Positions 20,286 through 29,807 of a stretch of DNA of 64,000 nucleotides are shown in pieces. Within the stretch, counting starts at the first letter, position 1, and the number at the start of each line of letters is the position of its first letter. Both the position numbers and the translations under genes were made by a program. The stretch lies in the NCBI GenBank assembly GCA_903889905.1, contig CAISZI010000053.1, positions 74,599-138,598 of the forward strand, in the 5' to 3' direction. Below the pieces are notes generated by a model, which saw nothing but the letters and a program-made list of their open reading frames with translations, was not told the origin of the DNA and ran no database searches. Origin of the DNA: Candidatus Wirthbacteria bacterium (lineage in GTDB: Bacteria; Patescibacteriota; CG2-30-54-11).

Positions 20286-21089
20286 ATGGGCGAAAACAAT
20301 CGTTTGAACATGTCCGAAGGTGAGTCTGGCAATTTGTCGACAACAGCTGATGTTGAATTTACTGATGCCGATGGTGGTTTGGATGAAGTTGTGGACAGAG
20401 TGGAAGCGGAATTATTACCGTCTACTGAACCATCCGGGCCGCAGCTGGGGCGAGAAGAATTGACAGTGTTGGTCAGCGATATCATCTCCAATCAACCCGC
20501 CGGCGAGAAAGTAATTAGTTTTCAAGAACTAATGCGCCATGCTAGAAGATGGTTATCGAGGCATCTGGCAAGTCAGAGCGGTATTGATACACTACAATCA
20601 TCTGACAAGCAACCTGACCAGGAACGACGGGGAACTAGGAGGATTGAAGGACCGAGCAAGTATGTGCTGCAATTTGTGCAAGATTTGAACCAACATGTCC
20701 ATGACTTCGAACACAAGATTGTCCCTGTTTGGTTGAAAATCAAAGACACTTTTTCACCAGCTGCGCTACAGGGACAGAGTGAAATGCTGGTTGCCCAGGC
20801 AATGACCCAGTTACGTGCAATGGTTATCTTTGAGTTAGACAACTTCAATACAGACACTAATTGGTTGGAACTTTTTGATCTCAAAGAACCCTTGATGGAC
20901 AGGATCTTGAATTCGATGCAGGCATGGGTTAGAACACAAATAGATAAAGAAGCAGCCAGTAAGGACCAACAGTCCGGAAGTCGCAGGCCGCAAGTTGCAG
21001 GTTTGTTTCGTGACAGCTGGAGTTTGGTGCGAGATGCCGTTCGCGATTCAAAATCAGCCTCTGTAAATCTTGGTAAAGCGACGGGATAA
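20286..21089 (+). CDS. Hypothetical acidic protein (267 aa)
   Basis: ORF directly downstream of the radical SAM gene. No motifs recognised. Confidence 0.5.
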   Translation: MGENNRLNMSEGESGNLSTTADVEFTDADGGLDEVVDRVEAELLPSTEPSGPQLGREELTVLVSDIISNQPAGEKVISFQELMRHARRWLSRHLASQSGIDTLQSSDKQPDQERRGTRRIEGPSKYVLQFVQDLNQHVHDFEHKIVPVWLKIKDTFSPAALQGQSEMLVAQAMTQLRAMVIFELDNFNTDTNWLELFDLKEPLMDRILNSMQAWVRTQIDKEAASKDQQSGSRRPQVAGLFRDSWSLVRDAVRDSKSASVNLGKATG

Positions 21090-21201
21090 AGTCCAGAGTA
21101 GTTATGTAATGATGTGGATTGTCTGCCTCTATGCAAGTTGAGGCAGTATTAGTACAATGTTTTCGTTGACCAAAAACGATAGGATTTACGCTCTCATAGC
21201 T

Positions 21202-21258
21202 TCCTCCTTCGCTTTGAAGCTTCCGCCGTCGCATGGCTAGGGCGGACAGGACGAAGGA
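21202..21258. repeat. ~57-bp conserved structured motif. The second copy is at 26525..26580. Outer stem tccttcg/cgaagga, inner hairpin with loop tcgcatggct
   Basis: About 80% identity. The inner stem is CCGCC/GGCGG in copy A and CCACC/GGTGG in copy B, a compensatory G:C to A:T change. Confidence 0.55.
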
Positions 21259-21306
21259 CAGGCAGTGGTTTTGTAGGTGTACCAGCTTGTAGGTGAAAGC
21301 ATCACG

Positions 21307-21360
21307 CCCTCATAGCTCAGTGGATAGAGCGGTGGTTTCCTAAACCATGCGCGCAGGTTT
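21307..21360 (+). pseudogene. Truncated copy of tRNA-Arg(CCT), 5' 54 nt only
   Basis: Identical to nt 1-54 of the complete tRNA-Arg at 21464. Diverges inside the T-loop into a 9-bp hairpin followed by TATAAT. Confidence 0.75.
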
Positions 21361-21390
21361 ATCCCGTTTGCAACGGGATACCCTATAATG
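21361..21390 (+). promoter_or_regulatory. Perfect 9-bp-stem hairpin (tatcccgtt-tgc-aacgggata) followed by a TATAAT -10-like box, upstream of tRNA-Arg
   Basis: Read directly. Candidate promoter or processing element for the tRNA. Confidence 0.4.
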
Positions 21391-21463
21391 GAAATGGCGA
21401 TTCCATCACAGGTTAGAGTGTAATTTAAGTTATTCAGTCGCACATTGAGATGATTGATTTACG

Positions 21464-21538
21464 CCCTCATAGCTCAGTGGATAGAGCGGTGGTTTCCTAA
21501 ACCATGCGCGCAGGTTCGATTCCTGCTGGGGGCGCCAA
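21464..21538 (+). tRNA. tRNA-Arg(CCT)
   Basis: Manual fold gives acceptor GCCCTCA/TGGGGGC, D-arm GCTC-AGTGGATA-GAGC, anticodon stem GTGGT/ACCAT with loop TTCCTAA, T-arm GCAGG-TTCGATT-CCTGC, and discriminator G followed by CCA. Confidence 0.85.
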
Positions 21539-21674
21539 ACTACGCCAAGGCTTCGTTTGGCAGGCCATAAAGTTGAAATCGGTGAGTCAACGAGCTTAGT
21601 GAAACTTATCCCTGAAAGCCTGTCATTAGGCTGGAAGGGATCCTTCGCGAATCATTTTTCTTCAAAGGTCCAAT

Positions 21675-22607
21675 ATGTGTGACGGTCTAAACGATCAACT
21701 TCCCGAAAGTGAATTAGAACGTAAGGCCAATGCACTTCTGGATTCTTTTGTGCCACTGGCGTTTAATTTGCCTAAATGGCGCGATGATCCAGAGATGATG
21801 CATTATGAAGTCAAGGCATTGGGAGCCGGAGGAGCTAAAGATGTTGCCACACAGGCAGATAAGCGGATGCAGGCGGCGGTCAAGAAGGCTGTTTTGGCGA
21901 TTGATCCCAAATTGATTTTCAAAGGTGAAGAAGCAGAAGACAAAATCGATTTGACGCAATTCGTTGTTGGTGAAGCTGCCGTCGCTGACCCCGTGGAAGG
22001 GACTAATAATTTTATCGCACGTATGGACGAGGATTGGGGATCGGTTTTGGCAATTGTGGACCTGGAAAACCAGGAACCTTTGATTGGAATTGTTGCTGTT
22101 CCAATGCAACGGAAAGTCTATCTTGGGATCAAGGGATTGGGGGCATGGGTTATCCAGTATGGTGAAAACAATCAGGAAATCAGCCGCAAGCCGATGGAGC
22201 AGGAGCCCGAAAGAAACGAATTTACCTATAATAACAGCCCTCATTTCGAGGCACCCAGGCAGCAACAAATTGATAGGTTTTGGGCTATGGGAAGAGCTGA
22301 GGAGAATGCAGATCAAGATCACGCCAACATGAGGTTAAGAAAACCAGTGACGATCGCGTATGACGGTCAATTAATGCGTTTTGTCGATCGGGAAAGTGGC
22401 GCTCTGGAAGCAGTGCAGTCACTTGGTACGATTTATTTCAAAACTGACGATGAAATGGCGGCTGTGGCTGTCATTTTGAAAGAACTAGGCGGTATGGTCA
22501 CGGATGGCGAAGGACGGCCATGGCATCCGGGTTTTAGTTCGATGATCTGCGCCCGGACTCCGGAAATCTGGGCTGTGTTGAAAGCTATTTATGATCAGAC
22601 AAAATAG
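21675..22607 (+). CDS. Inositol monophosphatase / CysQ-family phosphatase
   Basis: DPVEGTNNF metal-binding motif and WDxAA-like region, typical of IMPase-fold proteins. Confidence 0.65.
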   Translation: MCDGLNDQLPESELERKANALLDSFVPLAFNLPKWRDDPEMMHYEVKALGAGGAKDVATQADKRMQAAVKKAVLAIDPKLIFKGEEAEDKIDLTQFVVGEAAVADPVEGTNNFIARMDEDWGSVLAIVDLENQEPLIGIVAVPMQRKVYLGIKGLGAWVIQYGENNQEISRKPMEQEPERNEFTYNNSPHFEAPRQQQIDRFWAMGRAEENADQDHANMRLRKPVTIAYDGQLMRFVDRESGALEAVQSLGTIYFKTDDEMAAVAVILKELGGMVTDGEGRPWHPGFSSMICARTPEIWAVLKAIYDQTK

Positions 22608-22663
22608 GATGGTTTGATATTTGAGGTTTAACAAAACCTCGGCCATTAATACTAAGGAGTGAC

Positions 22664-23125
22664 ATGATTGATCCCTTGGTTGAAGCTTACAGCACTGAGC
22701 TTAAAGCGTTAAATATCGAACATACCATTTTGGAGCATCCGGCGCTGGTGGATGCTAGGGAAGTGCAAAAGTTATTCGGTTTGACTGTGGCGGATGCCTG
22801 CCCGACACTGATCATGAAAGCAGATGATCAGTTTGTGGCGATTGTTAAAAGAGGCGACTGCCGGCTGGACAACAAGAAAATCAAAGCCATTCTGAACACC
22901 TCAAGTTTGCGGATGGCGACCAAGGAAGAATTTGAGGAACTCACCAAACTCCCGATTGGAACAGCGCGGGTTTTGGTGCCAGGTGTCAAAACACTGTTGG
23001 ACCAAAAGCTGTTTGAAAAAGAATATTTGAACGGCGGAACTGGCAGCCTTACTTGTACTTTCAAATACAGGACTGAGGATTTGAAGAAACTTCCAAATAG
23101 TACTGTCGTTGACCTTGCGGAGTAA
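22664..23125 (+). CDS. YbaK/ProX-family aminoacyl-tRNA deacylase
   Basis: 153 aa. The sequence is characteristic of YbaK editing-domain proteins. Confidence 0.65.
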   Translation: MIDPLVEAYSTELKALNIEHTILEHPALVDAREVQKLFGLTVADACPTLIMKADDQFVAIVKRGDCRLDNKKIKAILNTSSLRMATKEEFEELTKLPIGTARVLVPGVKTLLDQKLFEKEYLNGGTGSLTCTFKYRTEDLKKLPNSTVVDLAE

Positions 23126-23128
23126 TTT

Positions 23129-23488
23129 GTGATTGCCACCCAAAATTCCCTCAAAATCAACCTTACCGCAATCCCGACCGAAACCGGGCATCATGAGACG
23201 GTGTTTAAAAAAGTGCTGATCAACAAACCACACGGTTTGGGTGAAATCCAGACCATGAACCATGTCTATCTCAAGTCCGGTATGGTGGTGGAACCGCATG
23301 TGCATGAGACGGACAAAGAGTTTTACCTCTTCTTGGACGGTAGTGGGGTGATGGTACTTGGCGAGGAGCGGTTTGAGGTTGGCATGGGTGACTTTGTCGA
23401 GATTCCGGTGGGGAAAACCCATTCCATTGATAATACTGGAATTAAGGATTTGGTTTTGATTTCATTACGTGTTCGTTTAGCAGATTAA
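23129..23488 (+). CDS. Cupin-domain protein
   Basis: PHVHETDKEFYLFLDGSG...FVEIPVGKTHS two-motif cupin signature. GTG start. Confidence 0.65.
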   Translation: MIATQNSLKINLTAIPTETGHHETVFKKVLINKPHGLGEIQTMNHVYLKSGMVVEPHVHETDKEFYLFLDGSGVMVLGEERFEVGMGDFVEIPVGKTHSIDNTGIKDLVLISLRVRLAD

Positions 23489-24187
23489 TTGGATTTAAAT
23501 ATGAACTTGCAAAATAAAGTCATTGTCCTCACCGGTGCCAGCAAAGGTTTGGGTCGTGAAATGGCGCTCCTGATGGCCAAAGCGGGTGCCAAGCTTGTCT
23601 TGAGCTCTCGTGCGCATGAGCATCTTAAATTGGTGGCGCAGGAAACCGGTGGGTTTGCGCTGCTGGCCGATGTCAGCAATGAACACGACGTGATGCGGCT
23701 GGCCGAAACGGCGGTGGAACATTTTGGGCGGATTGACGTGTGGATCAACAACGCCGGCATCTGGATTCCGCATGCCGAAATCGAGGTGCTGGATACGGCC
23801 AAAGTCCTGCAAATGATGCAGGTCAATGTCATGGGCACGATTTATGGTTCCAAGGCAGCCTATATCCAGATGAAACGCCAGGGCGGAAGCGGCACGATCG
23901 TCAACATTCTCTCGACGAGTGCGCTGGCGGGACGTCCTTTTTCGGCCGGTTATTGTGCCTCCAAGTGGGCGGTACGTGGGTTTACCGAATCGTTGCAGGC
24001 AGAAGCGAAGGGGACTGGCATTGACGTGGTGGCGGTGTATCCGGGCGGCATGCAAACGCATTTTTTTGATGAACAAAAACCTGCTGATTATGACACTTAC
24101 ATGAATCCAGCCGAGGTGGCTGGCAAAATCGTTCAACATCTGGAGGCCAAGGAGCTTGGTCTGGAGTTAATCCTCCGGCGGGGGTAG
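23489..24187 (+). CDS. Short-chain dehydrogenase/reductase (SDR)
   Basis: TGASKGLG cofactor motif and YCASKWAV catalytic YxxxK motif. Confidence 0.85.
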   Translation: MDLNMNLQNKVIVLTGASKGLGREMALLMAKAGAKLVLSSRAHEHLKLVAQETGGFALLADVSNEHDVMRLAETAVEHFGRIDVWINNAGIWIPHAEIEVLDTAKVLQMMQVNVMGTIYGSKAAYIQMKRQGGSGTIVNILSTSALAGRPFSAGYCASKWAVRGFTESLQAEAKGTGIDVVAVYPGGMQTHFFDEQKPADYDTYMNPAEVAGKIVQHLEAKELGLELILRRG

Positions 24188-24253
24188 ATTCTTCATCAAA
24201 TGTGCATGAAATACTGCTATCAATAGAGTGGTGGGAATTTTATCAATTGGGGA

Positions 24254-24496
24254 TTGTTTATGGCAAACAAAGACAAAAAGTTTTTGGCAGTGGGTCTGGC
24301 TGCTGTCGCGGTGGTGGTATTCGGGGTGATTGCCCTGACTTCACCCAAAAGCCCGTCGGCCAGCGATACTTTGGCCATGCAAACGGCGGCTGCCGCGAGC
24401 GGGAGTTCTGCGACAACGCCTTTTGCTAACATGGGTGCGGTGGATACCGGATCCTCTCCATCCATGTCGAGTAGCAGCTTGAGTGTGGGGAAGTAA
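24254..24496 (+). CDS. Small hypothetical secreted or membrane protein (Ala/Ser-rich)
   Basis: ORF with an N-terminal hydrophobic segment. Low complexity. Confidence 0.35.
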   Translation: MFMANKDKKFLAVGLAAVAVVVFGVIALTSPKSPSASDTLAMQTAAAASGSSATTPFANMGAVDTGSSPSMSSSSLSVGK

Positions 24497-24526
24497 TTTC
24501 CTAAAACTGTAACTGGAGTAAACCCG

Positions 24527-25432
24527 ATGAAAATCGCAGTCGTTGGCGCCGGCGGTGTGGGCGGTTTTTTTGCCGCTGCCATGTCTCGTGGCGGGCTGGA
24601 TGTGACGCTGGTGGCACGCGGAGAACATGGCGAAGTTATCAGCAAAAACGGCCTGCTGGTCAAAGATTGTGATGGTGATTTTGTCGCGCGACCTCGGGTT
24701 GTGGCGAGTTGTACCGACTTGGAAGCGATGGATGTGATTTTCCTGACCGTTAAATCTTATGATCTGGTTGCGGTTGCTGACAGCTTGCGCCGGGCAGTTA
24801 ATGCTAAGACGATAATCGTGACGCTGCAAAATGGTATCGATAATGCCGACATTGTCCACAAGGCATTGCCACAGGCGCAGGTTTGTCCTGGGGTTGCGTA
24901 CATTATCGGTGAAAAGTTGGCGGCGGGAATTGTCGGGAGCAGTGGCCAGCGGCGGATGATTTTTGGCGATGCGCACAAGCAAAATAATGCCAAATTGCGA
25001 GCACTCGCGGATCGTCTGCAACAGGCGGGAGTGAACGCGGTCTATGCCTCAGAGATCATGGCCGAAATCTGGTCCAAATTCATCCTGATTGTAGCCAGAG
25101 CTGGGATGACGTCGGTTTGTCGCAGTTCGATTGGCCGCATTGTTGACGACCCGCTGGCGCATGATTTGTATCTTCGTACTGCCCGCGAGGCGTTGCTTGT
25201 TGCACAAGCCATGGGTGTTGCGTTGGACGACAGTGTCCTCGATCTGGTGCTGAATATTGGCGTGAGGTCTGATCCGCATTCCAAATCTTCCATGCTGGTG
25301 GACATCGAACATGGCCGACCAACTGAAGTGGAAGGCATTCATGGCACGTTGGTCAGGTTGGCCAAAGAGCAAGGGATTGCCGTGCCGCTCAATGAAATGA
25401 TTTGTGCAGCAATCCGATTGGGGACGAAATAA
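24527..25432 (+). CDS. panE: 2-dehydropantoate 2-reductase (ketopantoate reductase)
   Basis: MKIAVVGAGGVGG NAD(P)-binding motif, VKSYD and LQNG motifs of the ApbA/PanE family. Confidence 0.8.
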   Translation: MKIAVVGAGGVGGFFAAAMSRGGLDVTLVARGEHGEVISKNGLLVKDCDGDFVARPRVVASCTDLEAMDVIFLTVKSYDLVAVADSLRRAVNAKTIIVTLQNGIDNADIVHKALPQAQVCPGVAYIIGEKLAAGIVGSSGQRRMIFGDAHKQNNAKLRALADRLQQAGVNAVYASEIMAEIWSKFILIVARAGMTSVCRSSIGRIVDDPLAHDLYLRTAREALLVAQAMGVALDDSVLDLVLNIGVRSDPHSKSSMLVDIEHGRPTEVEGIHGTLVRLAKEQGIAVPLNEMICAAIRLGTK

Positions 25433-25595
25433 AGCTTGCAACCCTTCATGAAACCTCCACAAAAACTTGATAAATGTTAATTAATTTATGGATGGGATGA
25501 TGCGTATGAGTATGCCGCGCTGGTTGTTTGCAGCGGTAAAAGCGAAGTGTTACAGTACTTGCACCTTAAAGTCACAAGCATAGGAGTATGGAAAA

Positions 25596-26501
25596 ATGAC
25601 GATCTACAATGATATCACCCAGAACAAACGCAATTCCTACCTGCTGATGGCCGTGTTCATGCTAGTGATCATGGCGATCGGGTGGGCGTTTGGGCAGGTC
25701 ATGGGTTCCACTGCGACGGGGATGACGATTGCTTTTGTGTTTGCATCGGTGTCGGCGTTGATCAGTTATTTTTATTCCGACAAGATTGCCTTAAGCATTT
25801 CACATGCCCAGGAAGTGGACTTGCAAAGCGACCGGGATTTGTTCCACCTCATGGAAAATCTCTGTATCGCGACCGGGTTGCCTATGCCCAAGCTCTACAT
25901 CATCAACGACAGTGCGCCCAATGCCTTTGCTACGGGCCGCGATCCCCAGCATGCCGCCATCTGTGTGACCACGGGGTTACTGCAGAAAATGGAAAAACGT
26001 GAACTCGAGGGAGTACTGGCGCATGAACTATCTCACGTCAAAAACTACGACACGCGCATGATGACTATGGTGGTTGTGCTGGTGGGTGTGGTGGCATTGC
26101 TTTCCGACTGGATGTTGCGGTTTACGATGTTTGGCGGGTCGCGTCGTCGGAGCAATCGTAATGGTGATGACGGGGGTGGATTGCAAGTTGTTTTTCTTTT
26201 GCTGGGAATTCTGCTGGCGATTCTGGCACCGATTATTGCGACCTTGATCAAGATGGCGATCTCGCGTCAGCGTGAATACCTGGCCGATGCCTCGGCTGCC
26301 CTGATCACGCGTTATCCCGAAGGTCTGGCGAGCGCACTGCAAAAAATTGGTGGAGACCCGGCGCCGCTCAAGGAAGCCAACAAGGCAACGTCGCATCTCT
26401 ATATCGCCAATCCGCTCAAGGACCACAAATCCTCGCTGAATAACCTGTTTGACACCCATCCACCCTTGGAGGACCGGATTGCACGGCTCAGGGCCATGTA
26501 A
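25596..26501 (+). CDS. htpX: Zinc metalloprotease HtpX (M48)
   Basis: HELSHV HExxH motif. TM segments. Typical HtpX layout. Confidence 0.85.
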   Translation: MTIYNDITQNKRNSYLLMAVFMLVIMAIGWAFGQVMGSTATGMTIAFVFASVSALISYFYSDKIALSISHAQEVDLQSDRDLFHLMENLCIATGLPMPKLYIINDSAPNAFATGRDPQHAAICVTTGLLQKMEKRELEGVLAHELSHVKNYDTRMMTMVVVLVGVVALLSDWMLRFTMFGGSRRRSNRNGDDGGGLQVVFLLLGILLAILAPIIATLIKMAISRQREYLADASAALITRYPEGLASALQKIGGDPAPLKEANKATSHLYIANPLKDHKSSLNNLFDTHPPLEDRIARLRAM

Positions 26502-26628
26502 GAGACGGAAACGAAGTTTATAATCCTCCTTCGCCCAGGCACTTCCACCTTCGCATGGCTTCGGTGGACAGGACGGAGGACTTAACGAAGGGAATCGAGT
26601 TTTAAAGTTATAAAGTGGGAAGAGGGGA

Positions 26629-27459
26629 ATGGGGAAGCGTGTTTTGGGGTTGGCACTACTGACGGTAGGGTTGTTTGCGGGTTGTTCGACGCAAGCGGAG
26701 AACAATCCCCGGAATTCTGCGACTGCAGTTGATCAGAGTGTAAATTCGACCACGGCCAAACCCAAACCAGCGGAAGTCTGGCGTTTCGTGGTATTGGGCG
26801 ATACGCATGGTGATACCGACCAATTTCCGGCGCTCTTGAAGCAAATTCAGGCCGACAAACCCGAATTCGTGATCGATGTCGGTGATTTGACCAAAGTGGG
26901 TGGAAGTGACGAGTTCAAAATTGCCAAAGCGCAGTTTGATGGTTTGGGTATACCTTATGACGCTGTTCCCGGCGATCACGATATTGTGACGGGCAAGGGG
27001 TTAAAGTATTTCACACCAGCGTTTGGTAAGGATTACCAGTCGTTCATGGCACATGGGTTGCAGTTTGTCCTGGTTGACAATGCTGACCTGATTCGCGGCA
27101 TGACAACTCAGCAGTGGACGTTTTTGGATCAGCTTCCCAGCAACCTGACGACCTTTGTCCTGCTGCACCATCCTCCCAGTCATCCGTTGTTCAAAATGCA
27201 TACCATGCAGGAAACCGCTCAAGGTGCCATCGATGAAAAACGGCTGCAGACTTGGATACTCAAGCACAACGTGAGACAAGTTGTGGCCGGTGAAATGCAC
27301 TTGTTTCAGCAATATGCGCTGGAGGGCGGGATTCCGCTCACGGTCGTGGGGGCTGCCGGAAAGTATGACAATCCGGGCGAAGACCAGTACGTGCTGGTGC
27401 AGTTTTACACTGACCAGACCTGGACTATCAAACAAAAAGTCCTGGGTCAGTCACCTTGA
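26629..27459 (+). CDS. Lipoprotein metallophosphoesterase (calcineurin-like)
   Basis: Lipobox LFAGC. LGDTHGD and GDHD phosphoesterase motifs. Confidence 0.75.
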   Translation: MGKRVLGLALLTVGLFAGCSTQAENNPRNSATAVDQSVNSTTAKPKPAEVWRFVVLGDTHGDTDQFPALLKQIQADKPEFVIDVGDLTKVGGSDEFKIAKAQFDGLGIPYDAVPGDHDIVTGKGLKYFTPAFGKDYQSFMAHGLQFVLVDNADLIRGMTTQQWTFLDQLPSNLTTFVLLHHPPSHPLFKMHTMQETAQGAIDEKRLQTWILKHNVRQVVAGEMHLFQQYALEGGIPLTVVGAAGKYDNPGEDQYVLVQFYTDQTWTIKQKVLGQSP

Positions 27460-27525
27460 AATAGCACTTTCACAAATTTTCGCGCACGCTATAATAGTTC
27501 CGCTTTATGTTTATTCTCGAGCCAC

Positions 27526-28329
27526 ATGACAGACACCCAAGTCACGACCAAGAAAGTTAACCGTACCGAAGCTCTGGCGAGCGCATTTGTGCTGAGCGCT
27601 GGTTTGGCGTTGTTCCTGAGTGCTGATAAACCACAGGTCGTGGTACTCGCTGCGGCTTTGCTGTTGTTGCCACTGATTGCCAGCCTGTGGGTGATGAAAG
27701 TGCCGATCCGTCGTTTTGCACTGAACAAACTGGAGGTATATGCGCTGCCGATTTTGCCGGTGCTGCTCTACGGGGCGATGCTTTTTTTCCTGCACGAGAT
27801 TCGGCTGATGCTGTTTGCCTGGGCCTGGGTCATTGCTGACATTCCGCTGTTTTATCTGATGTTCATCACCCAAAGTGCGCTGGAAAGATACCAGAGTCTG
27901 CCAACCCACGTCGGGCGTGTGGTCCTCAATATCCTGTCGTTGTTTACCGGCTACATGGGCTACAGTTTTTTATTTAATCAGGGTTTTCCGATTTGGCTGC
28001 TGATGGGATTGGTGTTTGGGTTCACGGCACTGATCGGTCTGCAGGCGATGTTGTGGTGGAACAGCGGCAATGTGAGGTATTCACTGTTTTATGCGGCATT
28101 TACGGCTTTTTGGCAAAGCGTGCTTGCTTTACTGCTGTGCTTGTGGCCGGTCGGTCACTTTGTGCTTGGGGTGATCATGTTGATTGGGCTTTACCTGCTG
28201 ATGGGCCTGATCCAGAATTACTTCAAGAAAACGCTCACCCGGTATGTCGTGATCGAGCACCTCGTTGTAACCATGATGATGTTAATATTTATTTTAAGTC
28301 AGGTTGTTTGGATACCACACTTTGATTAG
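27526..28329 (+). CDS. Polytopic membrane protein, unknown function
   Basis: Multiple hydrophobic helices. Confidence 0.55.
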   Translation: MTDTQVTTKKVNRTEALASAFVLSAGLALFLSADKPQVVVLAAALLLLPLIASLWVMKVPIRRFALNKLEVYALPILPVLLYGAMLFFLHEIRLMLFAWAWVIADIPLFYLMFITQSALERYQSLPTHVGRVVLNILSLFTGYMGYSFLFNQGFPIWLLMGLVFGFTALIGLQAMLWWNSGNVRYSLFYAAFTAFWQSVLALLLCLWPVGHFVLGVIMLIGLYLLMGLIQNYFKKTLTRYVVIEHLVVTMMMLIFILSQVVWIPHFD

Positions 28330-28351
28330 TGCTACATAAGGAGAAACCAAC

Positions 28352-29731
28352 ATGGATAATCCCAATCCCATTCCGTCTGTTCCGCCCGTTACCGTTCCCG
28401 TTAGCTCCCCGTTGCCTCCACTTTTTGCACCAGCGCCACCACTAACTGCCAAATCACGTCGCGGTCCTTCGCTTTTTGTTGTCGCTCTGCTCAGTATTGT
28501 CGTGGGTGGGGTAGCCGGTGTACTGGCCTCCGGGGCATTGCTTTTTTATGCCATGCAAAATCCCAATGTGATCAAAAAATTCCAGCCGATCAGTGACTTG
28601 CTGCAAACTGTCAATATCGCCCCCAGCAGCAAAAGTGTGTCGCAGGTGACTCTTCAGGAAGAATCCGATGTGACCAAGGTGGCCAAAGACGCCAATCCGG
28701 CGGTGGTCAGCATTGTCGGTACGATTCAGTCCACGACGCAATCTTTCTTTTTTAATCAGGGTTCGTCAGCGGGGCAGGAATCGGGTACCGGTTTCATTAT
28801 CGACAAAGCCAAGGGGCTGATTTTAACCAACCGGCATGTGGTGCAGGATACAGCCAGTTATCAGGTCATCACCAGTTCAGGTGATACCATTGCTTTGGAT
28901 GCCAAGAATATTTTCATTGATCCGGTCAATGACCTGGCCATTGTCAAAGTGACTTTCCCTGACCCGTCCAAGGTCAGCCAGCTCACACTGGGAGATTCGG
29001 TTGGCCTTGTCCCGGGCCAGAAAGTTATTGCCATTGGCAATGCGCTTGGCCAGTTCAGCAACACGGTCACGACCGGTGTGGTCAGCGCCCTGGGTCGCGA
29101 AGTTGACGTAAGCAGTACGCTTGGCCAGACGGGAGAGTCTCTGGTCAACATGGTGCAGACCGATGCCGCGATCAATCCCGGCAACAGTGGTGGCCCACTT
29201 TTGAATGTACTGGGCCAGGTGATTGGCATTAATACCGCCATTGCCGGTTCCGCTCAGAATATTGGCTTTGCTATTCCGATTGATGATGTCAAAGTGGCGC
29301 TGGAGAGCTATTTGCTCAATGGCACGATTATCCGTCCCTACCTGGGAGTTCAGTATGTGACCATAACCAAGGACCTTGCTTCGGTCAACAAATTGCCAGT
29401 GACCAACGGCGCCTATGTGAGCAGCGTGGTGAGTGGCGGACCTGCGGACAAGGCGGGAATCAAGGCAAGCGATATTGTCACCAAAATTAACGACAACACA
29501 TTGGACGAAACCAATAACCTGATTGCCATAATCCAAAAATTCCAGGTGGATGATGTGGTCTCTGTCACTTATCAGCATCCTGATGATCCCAATAGCAAGA
29601 CACCCATATACACCAGCAAAACCGTCAATGTGACGCTGCAAAAAAGGCAAGTAGCGTCGACAACCACACCAACCGTGACCCAGAAACAACAGCTTTCACC
29701 GCAGGATTTATTCAACTCTCTGCTGCCCTGA
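28352..29731 (+). CDS. HtrA/DegP-family serine protease with PDZ domain
   Basis: Catalytic triad context (TNRHVV, D, GNSGGPLLN). C-terminal PDZ-like region. N-terminal TM anchor. Confidence 0.85.
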   Translation: MDNPNPIPSVPPVTVPVSSPLPPLFAPAPPLTAKSRRGPSLFVVALLSIVVGGVAGVLASGALLFYAMQNPNVIKKFQPISDLLQTVNIAPSSKSVSQVTLQEESDVTKVAKDANPAVVSIVGTIQSTTQSFFFNQGSSAGQESGTGFIIDKAKGLILTNRHVVQDTASYQVITSSGDTIALDAKNIFIDPVNDLAIVKVTFPDPSKVSQLTLGDSVGLVPGQKVIAIGNALGQFSNTVTTGVVSALGREVDVSSTLGQTGESLVNMVQTDAAINPGNSGGPLLNVLGQVIGINTAIAGSAQNIGFAIPIDDVKVALESYLLNGTIIRPYLGVQYVTITKDLASVNKLPVTNGAYVSSVVSGGPADKAGIKASDIVTKINDNTLDETNNLIAIIQKFQVDDVVSVTYQHPDDPNSKTPIYTSKTVNVTLQKRQVASTTTPTVTQKQQLSPQDLFNSLLP

Positions 29732-29807
29732 TTGATTTTCTTTCAAGTCATCCCCACCCGCGGGATGACTTTTGGGTTTGGATGCTAAACTTACGATGAG
29801 GTTTGGG

